A DNA stretch of 39,352 bases. Origin: an uncultured bacterium. Its GTDB lineage: Bacteria > Oederibacteriota > PGYV01 > CAILUR01. The stretch is taken from NCBI GenBank assembly GCA_903837445.1, contig CAILUR010000076.1:1-39352 (forward strand), read 5' to 3'. Positions 1 to 9,592 of the stretch are shown one piece after another (the first letter of the stretch is position 1; each line of letters starts with the position of its first letter). The position numbers and the translations under genes were made by a program. A model generated the notes under the pieces. That model made no database searches, had not been told where the DNA came from, and was given only the letters and a program-made list of their open reading frames with translations.

Positions 1-1
1 C

Positions 2-30
2 TTGACTACATAGATTATATAATCTATAAT
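2..30 (+). promoter_or_regulatory. sigma70-like promoter candidate upstream of alaS
   Basis: TTGACT (2-7), exact 17-nt spacer, consensus TATAAT (25-30). Sequence-only prediction. Confidence 0.5.
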
Positions 31-68
31 TCAAATTATTATATATATAATAATGGAAGAGAGCTTGG

Positions 69-88
69 GGGTTTTGTATACAAAACCC
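69..88 (+). promoter_or_regulatory. perfect 20-nt palindrome/hairpin in the alaS leader. Could be an attenuator, an operator, or the terminator of an off-window upstream gene.
   Basis: GGGTTTTGTATACAAAACCC is fully self-complementary and is followed by TGATTTTATATATTTATTT. It lies between the promoter candidate and the alaS RBS GGAGGG (108-113). Confidence 0.4.
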
Positions 89-119
89 TGATTTTATATA
101 TTTATTTGGAGGGATTACC

Positions 120-2756
120 TTGAATAGCAAAGAGTTACGAAACGCATATTTAAAATTTTTCTCGGGAAAAGGACATACAATAAGACCAAGTGCTTCGCTT
201 ATTCCAGCGGACGCTTCGCTTTTGTTTACAGTGGCAGGAATGGTGCCGTTTAAGGATTATTTTTTAGGAAAAATCCCGCTTACTTTTACTCGCGCAACCA
301 GTTCGCAAAAGTGCATAAGGACTAACGATATTGATAATGTCGGACGGACCCGTAGGCATCATACCTTTTTTGAAATGCTTGGAAATTTTTCTTTTGGAGA
401 TTATTTTAAAGAAGAGACTATCCTTTGGGCGTGGGAGTTTTTAACTGAAGTGGTAAAACTGCCTAAAGAGAAGCTTTATATAACGGTTTTTGTAGATGAC
501 TTGGAGGCTTTTGAAATATGGAATAAAAAAGCAAAAGTGTCGGCTGATCGTATTTTTAAAATGGGAAAAAGTTCTAATTTTTGGGAAATGGGACCAGTCG
601 GACCTTGTGGTTATTGTAGTGAAATCTATGTGGATTTGGAAGGCGGACAAAAAAACGCCAAGGTCACAGGCGCAGATATTGAACAAAACGACGATAGGTT
701 TTTGGAAATTTGGAATCTTGTCTTTACCGAGTTTGATAAACAACTGGATGGCTCACTGCTCCCTTTGAAACAAAAAAATATTGATACAGGAATGGGACTG
801 GAAAGACTGGCGGCTGTGTCTCAGGGGATGTTTTCAAATTTTGAGTCGGACCTTTTTATGCCCATAATAAAAGATATTTCTGAAAAATGCGGCGTGGAAT
901 ACAGAAAAGACCCGAAGCTTGATATTTCTTTGAGAGTGGTGGCAGATCACGCACGAGGCGTGAGCTTCCTTATTTCCGATGGCGTCCTGCCTTCAAATGA
1001 AGGCAGAGGTTATGTGTTGCGCCGGTTGATAAGACGCGCTGTCAGACACGGGCGCACATTGGGAATGAAAGAGACCTTCCTTTACAAAGTAGTGCCAGTG
1101 ATAAATCATATAATGGGCGAGGCCTATCCGGATATCACGCACAGAAAAGATTACATAATGCAAATAATAAAAATGGAAGAAGAAAAATTTCAGGAGACTA
1201 TGGATAAAGGCATAGAGATTTTAAACACCGAGATAAAAAATATGCAGGCAAAAGGCGACCTCACGCTGTCAGGAGAAGTGGCTTTTAAATTGTATGATAC
1301 CTTTGGCTTTCCAGTGGAAATCACGGATGAAATTTTGCGGGAAAATAAAATGACTTTGGATGCCGAGGGTTTTAAAGCCAATATGGAAAAACAAAGACAG
1401 CTTGCAAAAGCGTCTTGGCAGGGAGTGGAAGTCGGCGAACTGGGGCGACTCCCACAGGAAATAATTTCAAAACTTGCGAAAACAAAATTTACGGGATATG
1501 AGACCTTTGAAGATAGTAGCTCAAAAGTCCTCGCCATAATAAATGAAAAAATGCAAAAAATTAAAACTATCACCACTGGAACTGAAGCGTTTGTGATTCT
1601 GGACAGCACACCGTTTTATGGGGCAGGGGGCGGACAAATGGGGGACACGGGATATTTTTCAAATAAAAATATGCGCGCCCAAGTGGGAGACACTCAGAAA
1701 ATAAACGAGCTGTTTATTCATAAAATAAAAATGTTGGAAGGGGCCTTATCCGAAGGCGAGACGCTTACCGCCACGGTGGAAGGCCCACGCAGAAAAGCCA
1801 TAATGAAAAATCACACAGCCACGCACTTGTTACAGGCCGCTTTGCGACAGGTGTTAGGTCCACATGTGGAACAGGCAGGGTCTTTTGTAGGACCGGATCG
1901 GTTGCGTTTTGATTTCACTCATTTTGCACAGATAACTCCAACGGAAATAAAAAAAATAGAACAGCTGGTGAATGGCTGGGCAATGGAAAGTTATCCTGTG
2001 AAAGTGGAAGTGCTGACGATAGCAGAAGCTAAAGCCACAGGTGCTATGGCACTTTTTGAAGAAAAATACGGAGATAAAGTCAGAGTTATATCGGTGGGGC
2101 AGGTCTCAAAAGAACTTTGCGCTGGCACGCATTTAAATAACTCTGGAGAAATGGGACTTTTTAGAATAATTTCATCTGGGTCCACGGCGGCAGGAATACG
2201 CAGGATAGAAGCGGTCACGGGCGAAGTGGCGTATGAGATGGCTTTGGAACACGAGGAGTTTGTACTGGCTATGAAAGAAACTTTCAAGGCCTCAGAACTC
2301 AAAGACCTCTCTCAAAAAGTAAATACTTTTATGGCGGACTTTAAAACGCTTGAAAAAAAAGTAGGAGAGATAAATAAAGCAGGAATTTTGAAAAATGTGG
2401 ATAGCTATATAGAAAAAGGGAAAGACATAAACGGCATAAAAGTTATTACAATGAAGTTTGACAATGTGGATGGCAAAGTGATAAGGGAACTTTGTGATGT
2501 GATAAAAGGGAAAGTTAAAGCCGCGGTAATTTTTGCGGCAAATATATCTGGCGACAAAGTAGCGTTTATCTGCGCAGTGACCAAAGATGCGGTGGACAGA
2601 CTGGATGCGGGAAAGATAGTTAAAGAAGCGGCTGTGTTGTGCGGGGGTGGCGGCGGCGGAAGAAAAGATATGGCAGAAGCGGGTGGAAAAGATATTACGA
2701 AAGTGGATGCCGCCATTAAACAAGTGGAAGAGACAGTAAAAAAAGTGGGCGCATAA
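120..2756 (+). CDS. alaS: alanine--tRNA ligase (AlaRS)
   Basis: 878-aa ORF. N-terminal YLKFFxxKGH and FTVAGM, WNLVFTEF, editing-domain HTATHLL and CAGTHL, C-terminal DHHA1-type GGGGGG. TTG start 6 nt after GGAGGG. Confidence 0.96.
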   Translation: MNSKELRNAYLKFFSGKGHTIRPSASLIPADASLLFTVAGMVPFKDYFLGKIPLTFTRATSSQKCIRTNDIDNVGRTRRHHTFFEMLGNFSFGDYFKEETILWAWEFLTEVVKLPKEKLYITVFVDDLEAFEIWNKKAKVSADRIFKMGKSSNFWEMGPVGPCGYCSEIYVDLEGGQKNAKVTGADIEQNDDRFLEIWNLVFTEFDKQLDGSLLPLKQKNIDTGMGLERLAAVSQGMFSNFESDLFMPIIKDISEKCGVEYRKDPKLDISLRVVADHARGVSFLISDGVLPSNEGRGYVLRRLIRRAVRHGRTLGMKETFLYKVVPVINHIMGEAYPDITHRKDYIMQIIKMEEEKFQETMDKGIEILNTEIKNMQAKGDLTLSGEVAFKLYDTFGFPVEITDEILRENKMTLDAEGFKANMEKQRQLAKASWQGVEVGELGRLPQEIISKLAKTKFTGYETFEDSSSKVLAIINEKMQKIKTITTGTEAFVILDSTPFYGAGGGQMGDTGYFSNKNMRAQVGDTQKINELFIHKIKMLEGALSEGETLTATVEGPRRKAIMKNHTATHLLQAALRQVLGPHVEQAGSFVGPDRLRFDFTHFAQITPTEIKKIEQLVNGWAMESYPVKVEVLTIAEAKATGAMALFEEKYGDKVRVISVGQVSKELCAGTHLNNSGEMGLFRIISSGSTAAGIRRIEAVTGEVAYEMALEHEEFVLAMKETFKASELKDLSQKVNTFMADFKTLEKKVGEINKAGILKNVDSYIEKGKDINGIKVITMKFDNVDGKVIRELCDVIKGKVKAAVIFAANISGDKVAFICAVTKDAVDRLDAGKIVKEAAVLCGGGGGGRKDMAEAGGKDITKVDAAIKQVEETVKKVGA

Positions 2757-2760
2757 ACAA

Positions 2761-3174
2761 ATGCGGCTTATTGCTTTTGACGCTGGGACAAAACGGATAG
2801 GGATAGCTGTGAGTGATGCGGGTTGTTCTATAGCGAGTCCTTTGAAATACTTGGAAAATAATTCCAGGCTTATGCCTGAAATATCAAAATTGATTGAGAT
2901 TTACGATCCGGAAAAACTGGTGGTGGGGAATCCGCTGAATATGGATGGCACCCCTTCAAAAGGACTGTTTGTCCCAGAGTTTGTGGCAGCCCTTGAAAAA
3001 ATAAAAGGCAGGGCACAAATTGTTATGTGGGATGAGCGCTTGACCACCTATGATGCGGAACAAATGTTGATAGGTGCAGATATGAGCAGGGCAAAAAGAA
3101 AAAAAGTCATAGACAAACTGGCGGCGGCGCTTATGTTGCAAAGCTATATCAATCAGCTCCAAAAAGGAAGATAA
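2761..3174 (+). CDS. ruvX: YqgF/RuvX-family putative pre-16S rRNA nuclease / Holliday junction resolvase-like protein
   Basis: 137 aa. The N-terminus MRLIAFDAGTKRIGIAVSD is typical of the YqgF family. Starts 4 nt after the alaS stop. Confidence 0.9.
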   Translation: MRLIAFDAGTKRIGIAVSDAGCSIASPLKYLENNSRLMPEISKLIEIYDPEKLVVGNPLNMDGTPSKGLFVPEFVAALEKIKGRAQIVMWDERLTTYDAEQMLIGADMSRAKRKKVIDKLAAALMLQSYINQLQKGR

Positions 3175-4199
3175 TGCAGGACAATAAAAAAAAGTTTTTC
3201 AGAGGTGCCAATCTCATAACGCTTGTTTTAATTACAGGTGGAGTTTTCTGCGTGGCAGTGTTTTTATCACTTTTTGTGCCTTATTCTTTTTTGGCAGATA
3301 AAAAAATTGCGGTATATATTGAATACGGTTCTGGAATTGCTAAAACAGCCGCTACTCTTAAAACGGCTGGGCTTATTAGAAACACTTTTGCGTTTAAAGT
3401 ATATGGCTATCTCAGTGGCAAATATAAAACTATAAAAGCCGGGGAATATGAAATACCTGAGAATACCAATATGGTGCAAATAGTAGACAAACTGGTAAGA
3501 GGGGAATTTGTCAGGCACGAAATAATTATTCCAGAGGGTTCGGATTCTTATGATATCGCTGAGACCCTTGTGGCTGGAAAAGTAATCGAAACGGATGCCG
3601 CTTTTTTAAGCGCTGTGCGGGACAGAAAAATACTTTCGGAACAGGGGCTTCCCTTTGCTTCGTTTGAAGGTTTTTTATTTCCAGAGACCTATAACTTTTT
3701 AAAAGGCCAGAGTCCTGAAAAAATAATAGGTGAAATGTATGTCTTGTTTAAAAGAAAAACAGGGCTAAATCCTTTGAAAGAGTATCAGATAAGTGGAGTT
3801 AGTTTAAAAGGATATGAAGTGTTGATTCTGGCTTCTATCATTGAAAAAGAGGCAAAGGTGGATACCGATAGGCCTCTGGTCGCTTCAGTTTTTTATAACA
3901 GAATAAAAGAGGGAAAAAGACTCGAGTCCTGCGCTACCGTAAGATATGCTATGAATAAAAGAAAAGGCATAATCACGCTAGAAGACCTACGGTTTAAGTC
4001 ACCTTTCAATACTTATAGGCACGAGGGCCTGCCCCCCACACCTATATGCTCACCAGGGATGAAAAGCTTGAACGCAGCTTTAAATCCAGCCCTGACCGAC
4101 TATATGTTTTTTGTGGCAAAAAAAGATGGCTCACATACTTTCTCACAAGATTTCAACTCGCATATAAAAGCAAAAAACAAGAACAGGAAAAACAAATGA
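3174..4199 (+). CDS. mltG: endolytic murein transglycosylase MltG (YceG-like)
   Basis: 341 aa. N-terminal TM helix and YceG motifs (ASIIEKEA, VFYNRI, SPFNTYRHEGLPPTPICSPG). The start overlaps the ruvX stop (TAATG). Confidence 0.9.
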   Translation: MQDNKKKFFRGANLITLVLITGGVFCVAVFLSLFVPYSFLADKKIAVYIEYGSGIAKTAATLKTAGLIRNTFAFKVYGYLSGKYKTIKAGEYEIPENTNMVQIVDKLVRGEFVRHEIIIPEGSDSYDIAETLVAGKVIETDAAFLSAVRDRKILSEQGLPFASFEGFLFPETYNFLKGQSPEKIIGEMYVLFKRKTGLNPLKEYQISGVSLKGYEVLILASIIEKEAKVDTDRPLVASVFYNRIKEGKRLESCATVRYAMNKRKGIITLEDLRFKSPFNTYRHEGLPPTPICSPGMKSLNAALNPALTDYMFFVAKKDGSHTFSQDFNSHIKAKNKNRKNK

Positions 4200-5053
4200 A
4201 AAAATATATTCTTTTAGCCCTTTTATCTTTATGTCTGGGGAGTCCTGCTTTTTCCGAGAGCTTGTACGACTCTGCCGGAGATAGACTTGAGGAGTACAGG
4301 TTTCAGGTGTCTTTTGCGGAAAAATATTTTGAATATATGGGGCATTATAGAAATTATAATATTTTTCAAAATAGTGTACACGAATATGAAACTCCCTCGC
4401 TTATGCACAGGGGGCTTTTGTATGATATGGGTTTAAAAATGGGACTTCCGGGCGACTATGTCGCAGGAGTGGAAGTTAAAAGTATTTTTCAGGAATTGGA
4501 TAAAACGGAAGCGAATTCCGTACAGACGATAGCGCTTTTACTGAGGAAATATTTTGGGGGTGGCGCTGGGCTTATGGCGGGAGTGCGATTGGCTATAGAC
4601 CAAAACTTGCCGGCTGAACCGCGGTTGATTAATGAAGAGAATAAAAAAAATCTAATTCTGGGACTTTTTTATAAACCTGATTTGGGAATGTTTAATTTAA
4701 AAATACAGGCGAGTGGGGAACAACCATTTTTTTCTAATCCGGCTTATACGGGAGAGTTTGAGTTGACTTTACTGGGGGGGTTAGTGATCTATGACGATAA
4801 GACCGAAGAAAAGATAAGTCTTAATACGGAACTGGTGTATCACGGAATGGGGAAAGATAAGACGGTTTCCACTTATGCCCTTATAGTGCCGCAGTTATCA
4901 GTATATTTTTATGATAGTTTGACTTTTATTTTGGGCGTAGATATTCTGGCATATGCAAATGAAGTGTATATAAACAGATATGATAAGTATCTGTATACTT
5001 TTAAATTTTCATATAATGTGAGTGCTGTACCTTCCGAGAAAAATAAAAAATAA
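4196..5053 (+). CDS. hypothetical secreted, beta-strand-rich envelope protein (possible outer-membrane protein)
   Basis: In-frame ATG at 4196 overlaps the mltG stop (ATGA). N-terminus MKKYILLALLSLCLGSPAFS-ES looks like a signal peptide. Alternating aromatic/hydrophobic pattern toward the C-terminus (YLYTFKFSYNV). No family recognised. The ORF-track start at 4046 lies inside mltG. Confidence 0.7.
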   Translation: MKKYILLALLSLCLGSPAFSESLYDSAGDRLEEYRFQVSFAEKYFEYMGHYRNYNIFQNSVHEYETPSLMHRGLLYDMGLKMGLPGDYVAGVEVKSIFQELDKTEANSVQTIALLLRKYFGGGAGLMAGVRLAIDQNLPAEPRLINEENKKNLILGLFYKPDLGMFNLKIQASGEQPFFSNPAYTGEFELTLLGGLVIYDDKTEEKISLNTELVYHGMGKDKTVSTYALIVPQLSVYFYDSLTFILGVDILAYANEVYINRYDKYLYTFKFSYNVSAVPSEKNKK

Positions 5054-5085
5054 AGAGCAATAAAATACGCGATAAGGCGGAAACT

Positions 5086-7158
5086 TTGAAGAACAGAGTA
5101 AATATAGAAACTGTATATGAAATAATAAAAAGGTCTGATTCGCCTTTGAGCGAAAGACAGATAATGAAAAAAATTAATGCCAATAAGCACGACAGACAGG
5201 CAGTAAAAGATATGCTCAAAGAACTGGACAGGGAAGACAAAGTAGAAAAACGCGGTGAGAAATACAGCGTGTCTGGTAGTGATAAAACTGCGATAGGCAG
5301 GATAGAAATAAAACAAAATTTTGGGTTTCTTATTGTGCCTGGTGGGGACGATATCTTTGTGGGGAGAGATTCTATCGGTGGACTTTTAAACGGGGATGAG
5401 ATAGAAGTGTATGTCAAAGAAGATTACTCGGGCAGAAAAGAAGGCACGCTGAAAAGTATTGTGAAAAGAACAGACCGTCCCATAGTCTGCAAAGTAAAAG
5501 AAACAAAACACGGCTTCTCTGGCGCTCAGCAGGGCCGCGAAATTCCTTATCTGCACTTGCTCCCTTCAAAATATGCGCTCAAAGATGGCGACACTGTTAT
5601 AGTGAAATTTGTAAAGGAAGAAAAAAATCGGCTTTATGCCGAAGTGACTTTTACCCTTGCGGGAAAAGACGGGCTGGAAAATTATAAAAAATTTGTGCTT
5701 GAAAAAAGAGAGATTCGGGATACTTTTGCTGAAGAAGTGCTCACGCAGGCAAAAAACTTTTCCAGAAAAGATGTGCAAAATGAAAAAGAAAAAGGGCGTC
5801 GCAGGGACTTGAGTGATATGACTATAGTGACTATAGACCCTCTGGATGCGAAAGATTATGATGATGCGGTGTCGTTGGAAAAAAATGGAGAGACCTATAC
5901 GCTTGGCGTGCATATCGCGGATGTCTCTCATTATGTGACAGAAGGCTCCCCCCTGGACATAGAGGCATATAAACGGGGGTTTAGCTTATATATGCCACGC
6001 GAAGTCGTACCTATGCTCCCTCACGAACTATCAAGTGACCTGTGTTCTTTGAAAGAAAAAGTGGACCGCTTGGCGTTTTCTATTTTTATGACGCTGGATA
6101 AAAATGGAGAGATTACTGGATATAACATAGAAGAGACCATAATTCATAGCGCCAAAAGGTTTACTTATGAAGAAGTGGAAGAAATCCTGACGGGAAAAGC
6201 CGCACAAGCACCGGACGAGAAAATTCTTAAGGCGCTTGGGCTTATGAATGAATTAAGACAGATTCTAAATAGAAAACTTATTGCGGGTGGAATGGTGGAT
6301 TTTTCACTCGGAGAACCGAAACTTACCTTTGATGAAAAAGGAGTGGTGTCGGGAATAATAAGAAAACAGTCACTGGTCTCGCACAAACTCGTGGAATATT
6401 TTATGATATACGCCAATGTCTGTGCGGCCGCCTATATAGAAAAACATATGGACCACGGAATGTATCGGGTGCACGACAAACCAGCAGCCAGAGACATAGA
6501 AGAATTTAACACGCTTATGAAAGGGATGGGGGTAAATTTCAAACTGGATAAAGGGACAAACTTTGATTTTCAAAAAATGATAAGTGCGGTGAAAGAAAAT
6601 ACGCATAGGCAGATAATAGAAAAAAATCTTTTAAGAGCTATGAAATTGGCGGTGTATTCGGAAAAAAACAGCGGACATTTTGGGCTGGGACTGGAAAAAT
6701 ATACTCATTTTACTTCACCTATCCGCAGATATCCTGACCTGGTGGTGCACAGGCTGATTAAAAATATAAATAAATCGCTGGAGATGAAAGACCCTTCGAT
6801 AAAGACCTTGAGAGAAACAGCTGGGATAATAAATGAAAATGAAGAAAGAATTGAAAAGGCAGAGTCGGATGTCTTTAAAGTGTATGCGTTGGATTTTCTG
6901 CGTAGCAGGTTGGGTAATGAAATGAAAGCCGTAGTTACGAAAATTACCAAAAACGGAATTACCACAGAACTCTTGGACTATCCTATAGATGGCTTTATTT
7001 TGTTTGAAAATATGAATGATGATTATTATGTGTATGATGTCGGGCGAGGGCTGGCTTTTGGAAAAAGAACTGGGAAAGTGTTAAAGCACGGGATGGAACT
7101 TAAAGTGACCATAGCAAGTATTGATATGGAAATGCTCAGGCTGGGGCTGGAAATATAA
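5086..7158 (+). CDS. rnr: ribonuclease R (RNase II/R family 3'-5' exoribonuclease)
   Basis: 690 aa. N-terminal winged-helix-like region, RNB motifs (IDPLDAKDYDDAVS, HIADVSHYV, HFGL...YTHFTSPIRRYPDLVVHR), C-terminal S1-like domain. TTG start after AAGGCGG; the exact start is uncertain. Confidence 0.88.
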   Translation: MKNRVNIETVYEIIKRSDSPLSERQIMKKINANKHDRQAVKDMLKELDREDKVEKRGEKYSVSGSDKTAIGRIEIKQNFGFLIVPGGDDIFVGRDSIGGLLNGDEIEVYVKEDYSGRKEGTLKSIVKRTDRPIVCKVKETKHGFSGAQQGREIPYLHLLPSKYALKDGDTVIVKFVKEEKNRLYAEVTFTLAGKDGLENYKKFVLEKREIRDTFAEEVLTQAKNFSRKDVQNEKEKGRRRDLSDMTIVTIDPLDAKDYDDAVSLEKNGETYTLGVHIADVSHYVTEGSPLDIEAYKRGFSLYMPREVVPMLPHELSSDLCSLKEKVDRLAFSIFMTLDKNGEITGYNIEETIIHSAKRFTYEEVEEILTGKAAQAPDEKILKALGLMNELRQILNRKLIAGGMVDFSLGEPKLTFDEKGVVSGIIRKQSLVSHKLVEYFMIYANVCAAAYIEKHMDHGMYRVHDKPAARDIEEFNTLMKGMGVNFKLDKGTNFDFQKMISAVKENTHRQIIEKNLLRAMKLAVYSEKNSGHFGLGLEKYTHFTSPIRRYPDLVVHRLIKNINKSLEMKDPSIKTLRETAGIINENEERIEKAESDVFKVYALDFLRSRLGNEMKAVVTKITKNGITTELLDYPIDGFILFENMNDDYYVYDVGRGLAFGKRTGKVLKHGMELKVTIASIDMEMLRLGLEI

Positions 7159-7273
7159 ACTGCTGAGTTTAGCAAAGAAATAAAAACCTTTATTTTTATA
7201 TGATTTTAAAATATAATGTGCAAAAGGGAAGAAGACACATATGCTTCCTTAATATGTTTAAAAGAGAGTCGCT

Positions 7274-8530
7274 ATGATTAAAAAATTTATTTATTCAAAA
7301 ACCACGCAAAAAGAAATAGATGCTTATATTGATAAGATAAATAATATTGAGTTAAAGGTCACACCTAAAATAATTTCCATAATAAATAAAGTGAAAAACC
7401 AAGGCGATGCTGCTCTTTTGGAATATGCGAAAGTGTATGACAAGGCAAACTTAAAAAGCTTAAAAGTACCAGCAGAGGCGATAAAAAAGGCATATAAAAG
7501 CGTGGATAAAACCGTGCTTTTAGCTATGAAAAAAGCCATAGAAAACATAAAGGCTTTTCATAAAATGCAAAAAGCCAATATAAACGGGTATGTGTATCAA
7601 AATAAGGGTTATAAAATAACCCAAAAATATATTCCAGTGGACATTGCTGGGCTTTACATACCAGGCGGACAGGCGCCTTTATTTTCTACTGTTTTTATGG
7701 CAGGCCTTCCTGCGAAAATAGCAGGAGTAAAACGCGTGGTGCTTTTATCTCCACCTCGGCATAATGGCGAAGTGGCACCACATATCCTTGCAGCGGCAGA
7801 TATGATAGGCATAACCGAGATTTACAGGGTAGGTGGCGCTCAAGCTATAGCGGCGCTGGCATTTGGCACGCAGACAATTCCGAAAGCAGATAAGGTCGCA
7901 GGACCAGGAAATATTTATTCCACAATGGCGAAAAAATATCTTTTCGGAACTGTGGGAGTGGATGCGTTAAACGGCCCTTCGGAAGTGACCCTAATAGCGG
8001 ATGAGACAGCCAATCCAAAATATATAATATATGATTTGTTAGCACAGGCGGAACACATAAACGGGCACGCTTTACTTTTGACTACATCTCAAACACTGGC
8101 GACGGCTGTGGAAAAAGGAATTAAGGCTGCGGCTGGAAATATGAAAATACAAGTCACTATAGTCATAGTGAAAGACCTGAACACTGCGGTAAAAATAGCC
8201 AACAAAAAAGCGCCAGAACATTTAGTGATAATTACCGAAGCCGCGGAAACTGTGGCGGCGGCGATAACTAATGCGGGCGCAATTTTTACTGGTAATTATT
8301 CTCCAGTGGCATTCGGGGACTATATGGCGGGGGCCAATCACATTCTGCCGACAAATGGCACTGCCAGATTTTTCTCGGGCTTATCCGTGTTGGACTTTTT
8401 AAAACATACGCATATTGTAGAAGGCACAAAAATAGGCATAGAAGCTTTTGGACCAGATACGGAAGTACTGGCTAACGCAGAAGGAATGAAGTTTCACGCT
8501 GAGAGCGTGCGTGTCAGAAGAAAAAAATAA
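7274..8530 (+). CDS. hisD: histidinol dehydrogenase
   Basis: 418 aa. Motifs GPGNIY, LAQAEH, APEHL, GDYxAGxNHxLPT. First gene of a his cluster. Confidence 0.95.
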   Translation: MIKKFIYSKTTQKEIDAYIDKINNIELKVTPKIISIINKVKNQGDAALLEYAKVYDKANLKSLKVPAEAIKKAYKSVDKTVLLAMKKAIENIKAFHKMQKANINGYVYQNKGYKITQKYIPVDIAGLYIPGGQAPLFSTVFMAGLPAKIAGVKRVVLLSPPRHNGEVAPHILAAADMIGITEIYRVGGAQAIAALAFGTQTIPKADKVAGPGNIYSTMAKKYLFGTVGVDALNGPSEVTLIADETANPKYIIYDLLAQAEHINGHALLLTTSQTLATAVEKGIKAAAGNMKIQVTIVIVKDLNTAVKIANKKAPEHLVIITEAAETVAAAITNAGAIFTGNYSPVAFGDYMAGANHILPTNGTARFFSGLSVLDFLKHTHIVEGTKIGIEAFGPDTEVLANAEGMKFHAESVRVRRKK

Positions 8531-8548
8531 AACGGTAAGGGTGAAATA

Positions 8549-9592
8549 ATGGACATTCTTTCAAAAGTTAAAAAAAGTATTCGCGGGCTTAAAGCCTATG
8601 ACCCAGGCTTAACACAGACAAAATACAAACTGGATGCAAATGAAAACCCATATGATGTGCCGGCGGTTTTGAAAAAAGCTATTCTTAAAAAGGCACAGCG
8701 CATTCCTTTTAACAGGTATCCAGATGCAGCGACAGTGACACTTAAAAAAAACATATCAAAATATCTTGGAGTAAAGACCGAAAACATTTTTGTCGGCAAC
8801 GGGTCAGATGAAATAATAGAATACCTTATGCAGACCTTTGTGGAGCAGGGCGATACAGTGATAGTGCCTACGCCGACCTTTGAAATGTACCGAATTATAG
8901 GCGTGATAAATGGCGCGAAAATCATAGAACTGCCTCTGGATAAAAAGTTTGATATTGATGAAAAGGCCATAATAACAGCGGTTAAAAAGACAAAGGCGAA
9001 GTTCGTTTTCTTGGCATATCCGAACAATCCTACTGGCAACTGTTTTTCTGAAAATAAAATAATGAAAATAATTGAAAGCGTGGATTGCTTTGTGGTATTG
9101 GATGAGGCCTATTATGATTTTTCGGGCAGGTCTTTTCTTAAATGTCTGAAAAGACACAAAAATTTAATAATTCTCAGGACTTTTTCAAAGGCCTTTAGTA
9201 TGGCGGCACTGCGCATGGGGTATATGATAGCAGACAGGGAAACTGTAGCAGCAGTCAATAAAGTGCGACTTCCATATAATATAAACTCGCTGTCACAATT
9301 TGTAGCGGTGGAGCTTTTAAAAGCAGACAGGACTAAAGTTTTGGAAATTATAATTAAAGAAAGAAAAAAGCTCTATGCTTTGATAAAAGAAAAATATGAA
9401 TGTGTGGACAGCAATGCCAACTTTATTTTTTTAAAACCTAAAACTCCAAGCAAAGCGCAAAAAGTTTTTGAAGCGCAAAGTATTTCTGTGAGAGTGTTTA
9501 CTGCGGGACCAGCCGCTGGCTGGATGCGACTTACTGTCGGCACACCGGCTGAAAATAAGTTAGTCAGACAAATATTAAAAAGAGGTGTTTAA
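8549..9592 (+). CDS. hisC: histidinol-phosphate aminotransferase
   Basis: 347 aa. Motifs NENPY, GNGSDE, YPNNPTG, LDEAYYDF, RTFSKAF (PLP lysine). Located between hisD and hisB. Confidence 0.92.
   Translation: MDILSKVKKSIRGLKAYDPGLTQTKYKLDANENPYDVPAVLKKAILKKAQRIPFNRYPDAATVTLKKNISKYLGVKTENIFVGNGSDEIIEYLMQTFVEQGDTVIVPTPTFEMYRIIGVINGAKIIELPLDKKFDIDEKAIITAVKKTKAKFVFLAYPNNPTGNCFSENKIMKIIESVDCFVVLDEAYYDFSGRSFLKCLKRHKNLIILRTFSKAFSMAALRMGYMIADRETVAAVNKVRLPYNINSLSQFVAVELLKADRTKVLEIIIKERKKLYALIKEKYECVDSNANFIFLKPKTPSKAQKVFEAQSISVRVFTAGPAAGWMRLTVGTPAENKLVRQILKRGV

Noticed and set aside
4046-4195. Upstream extensions of ORF-track starts (4046, 17132, 22760, 23908, 27838, 30407)
   Set aside because: These extensions overlap the preceding gene or intergenic repeats, lack an RBS and add residues foreign to the family N-termini. 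Internal starts with good SD spacing (4196, 17021, 22793, 23938, 27904, 30413) fit better.
7159-7273. T-box leaders upstream of hisD (115 nt), thrS (62 nt, 31037-31098) and alaS
   Set aside because: These leaders are far shorter than a T-box (~200+ nt), and the T-box sequence (..GGUGGUACCGCG..) is absent.
7200-7277. 25-codon upstream ORF whose stop overlaps the hisD ATG (possible his leader peptide)
   Set aside because: It has only one His codon and no RBS. The best -10 hexamer (7212-7217) lies downstream of its ATG, so it would probably not be on the transcript.
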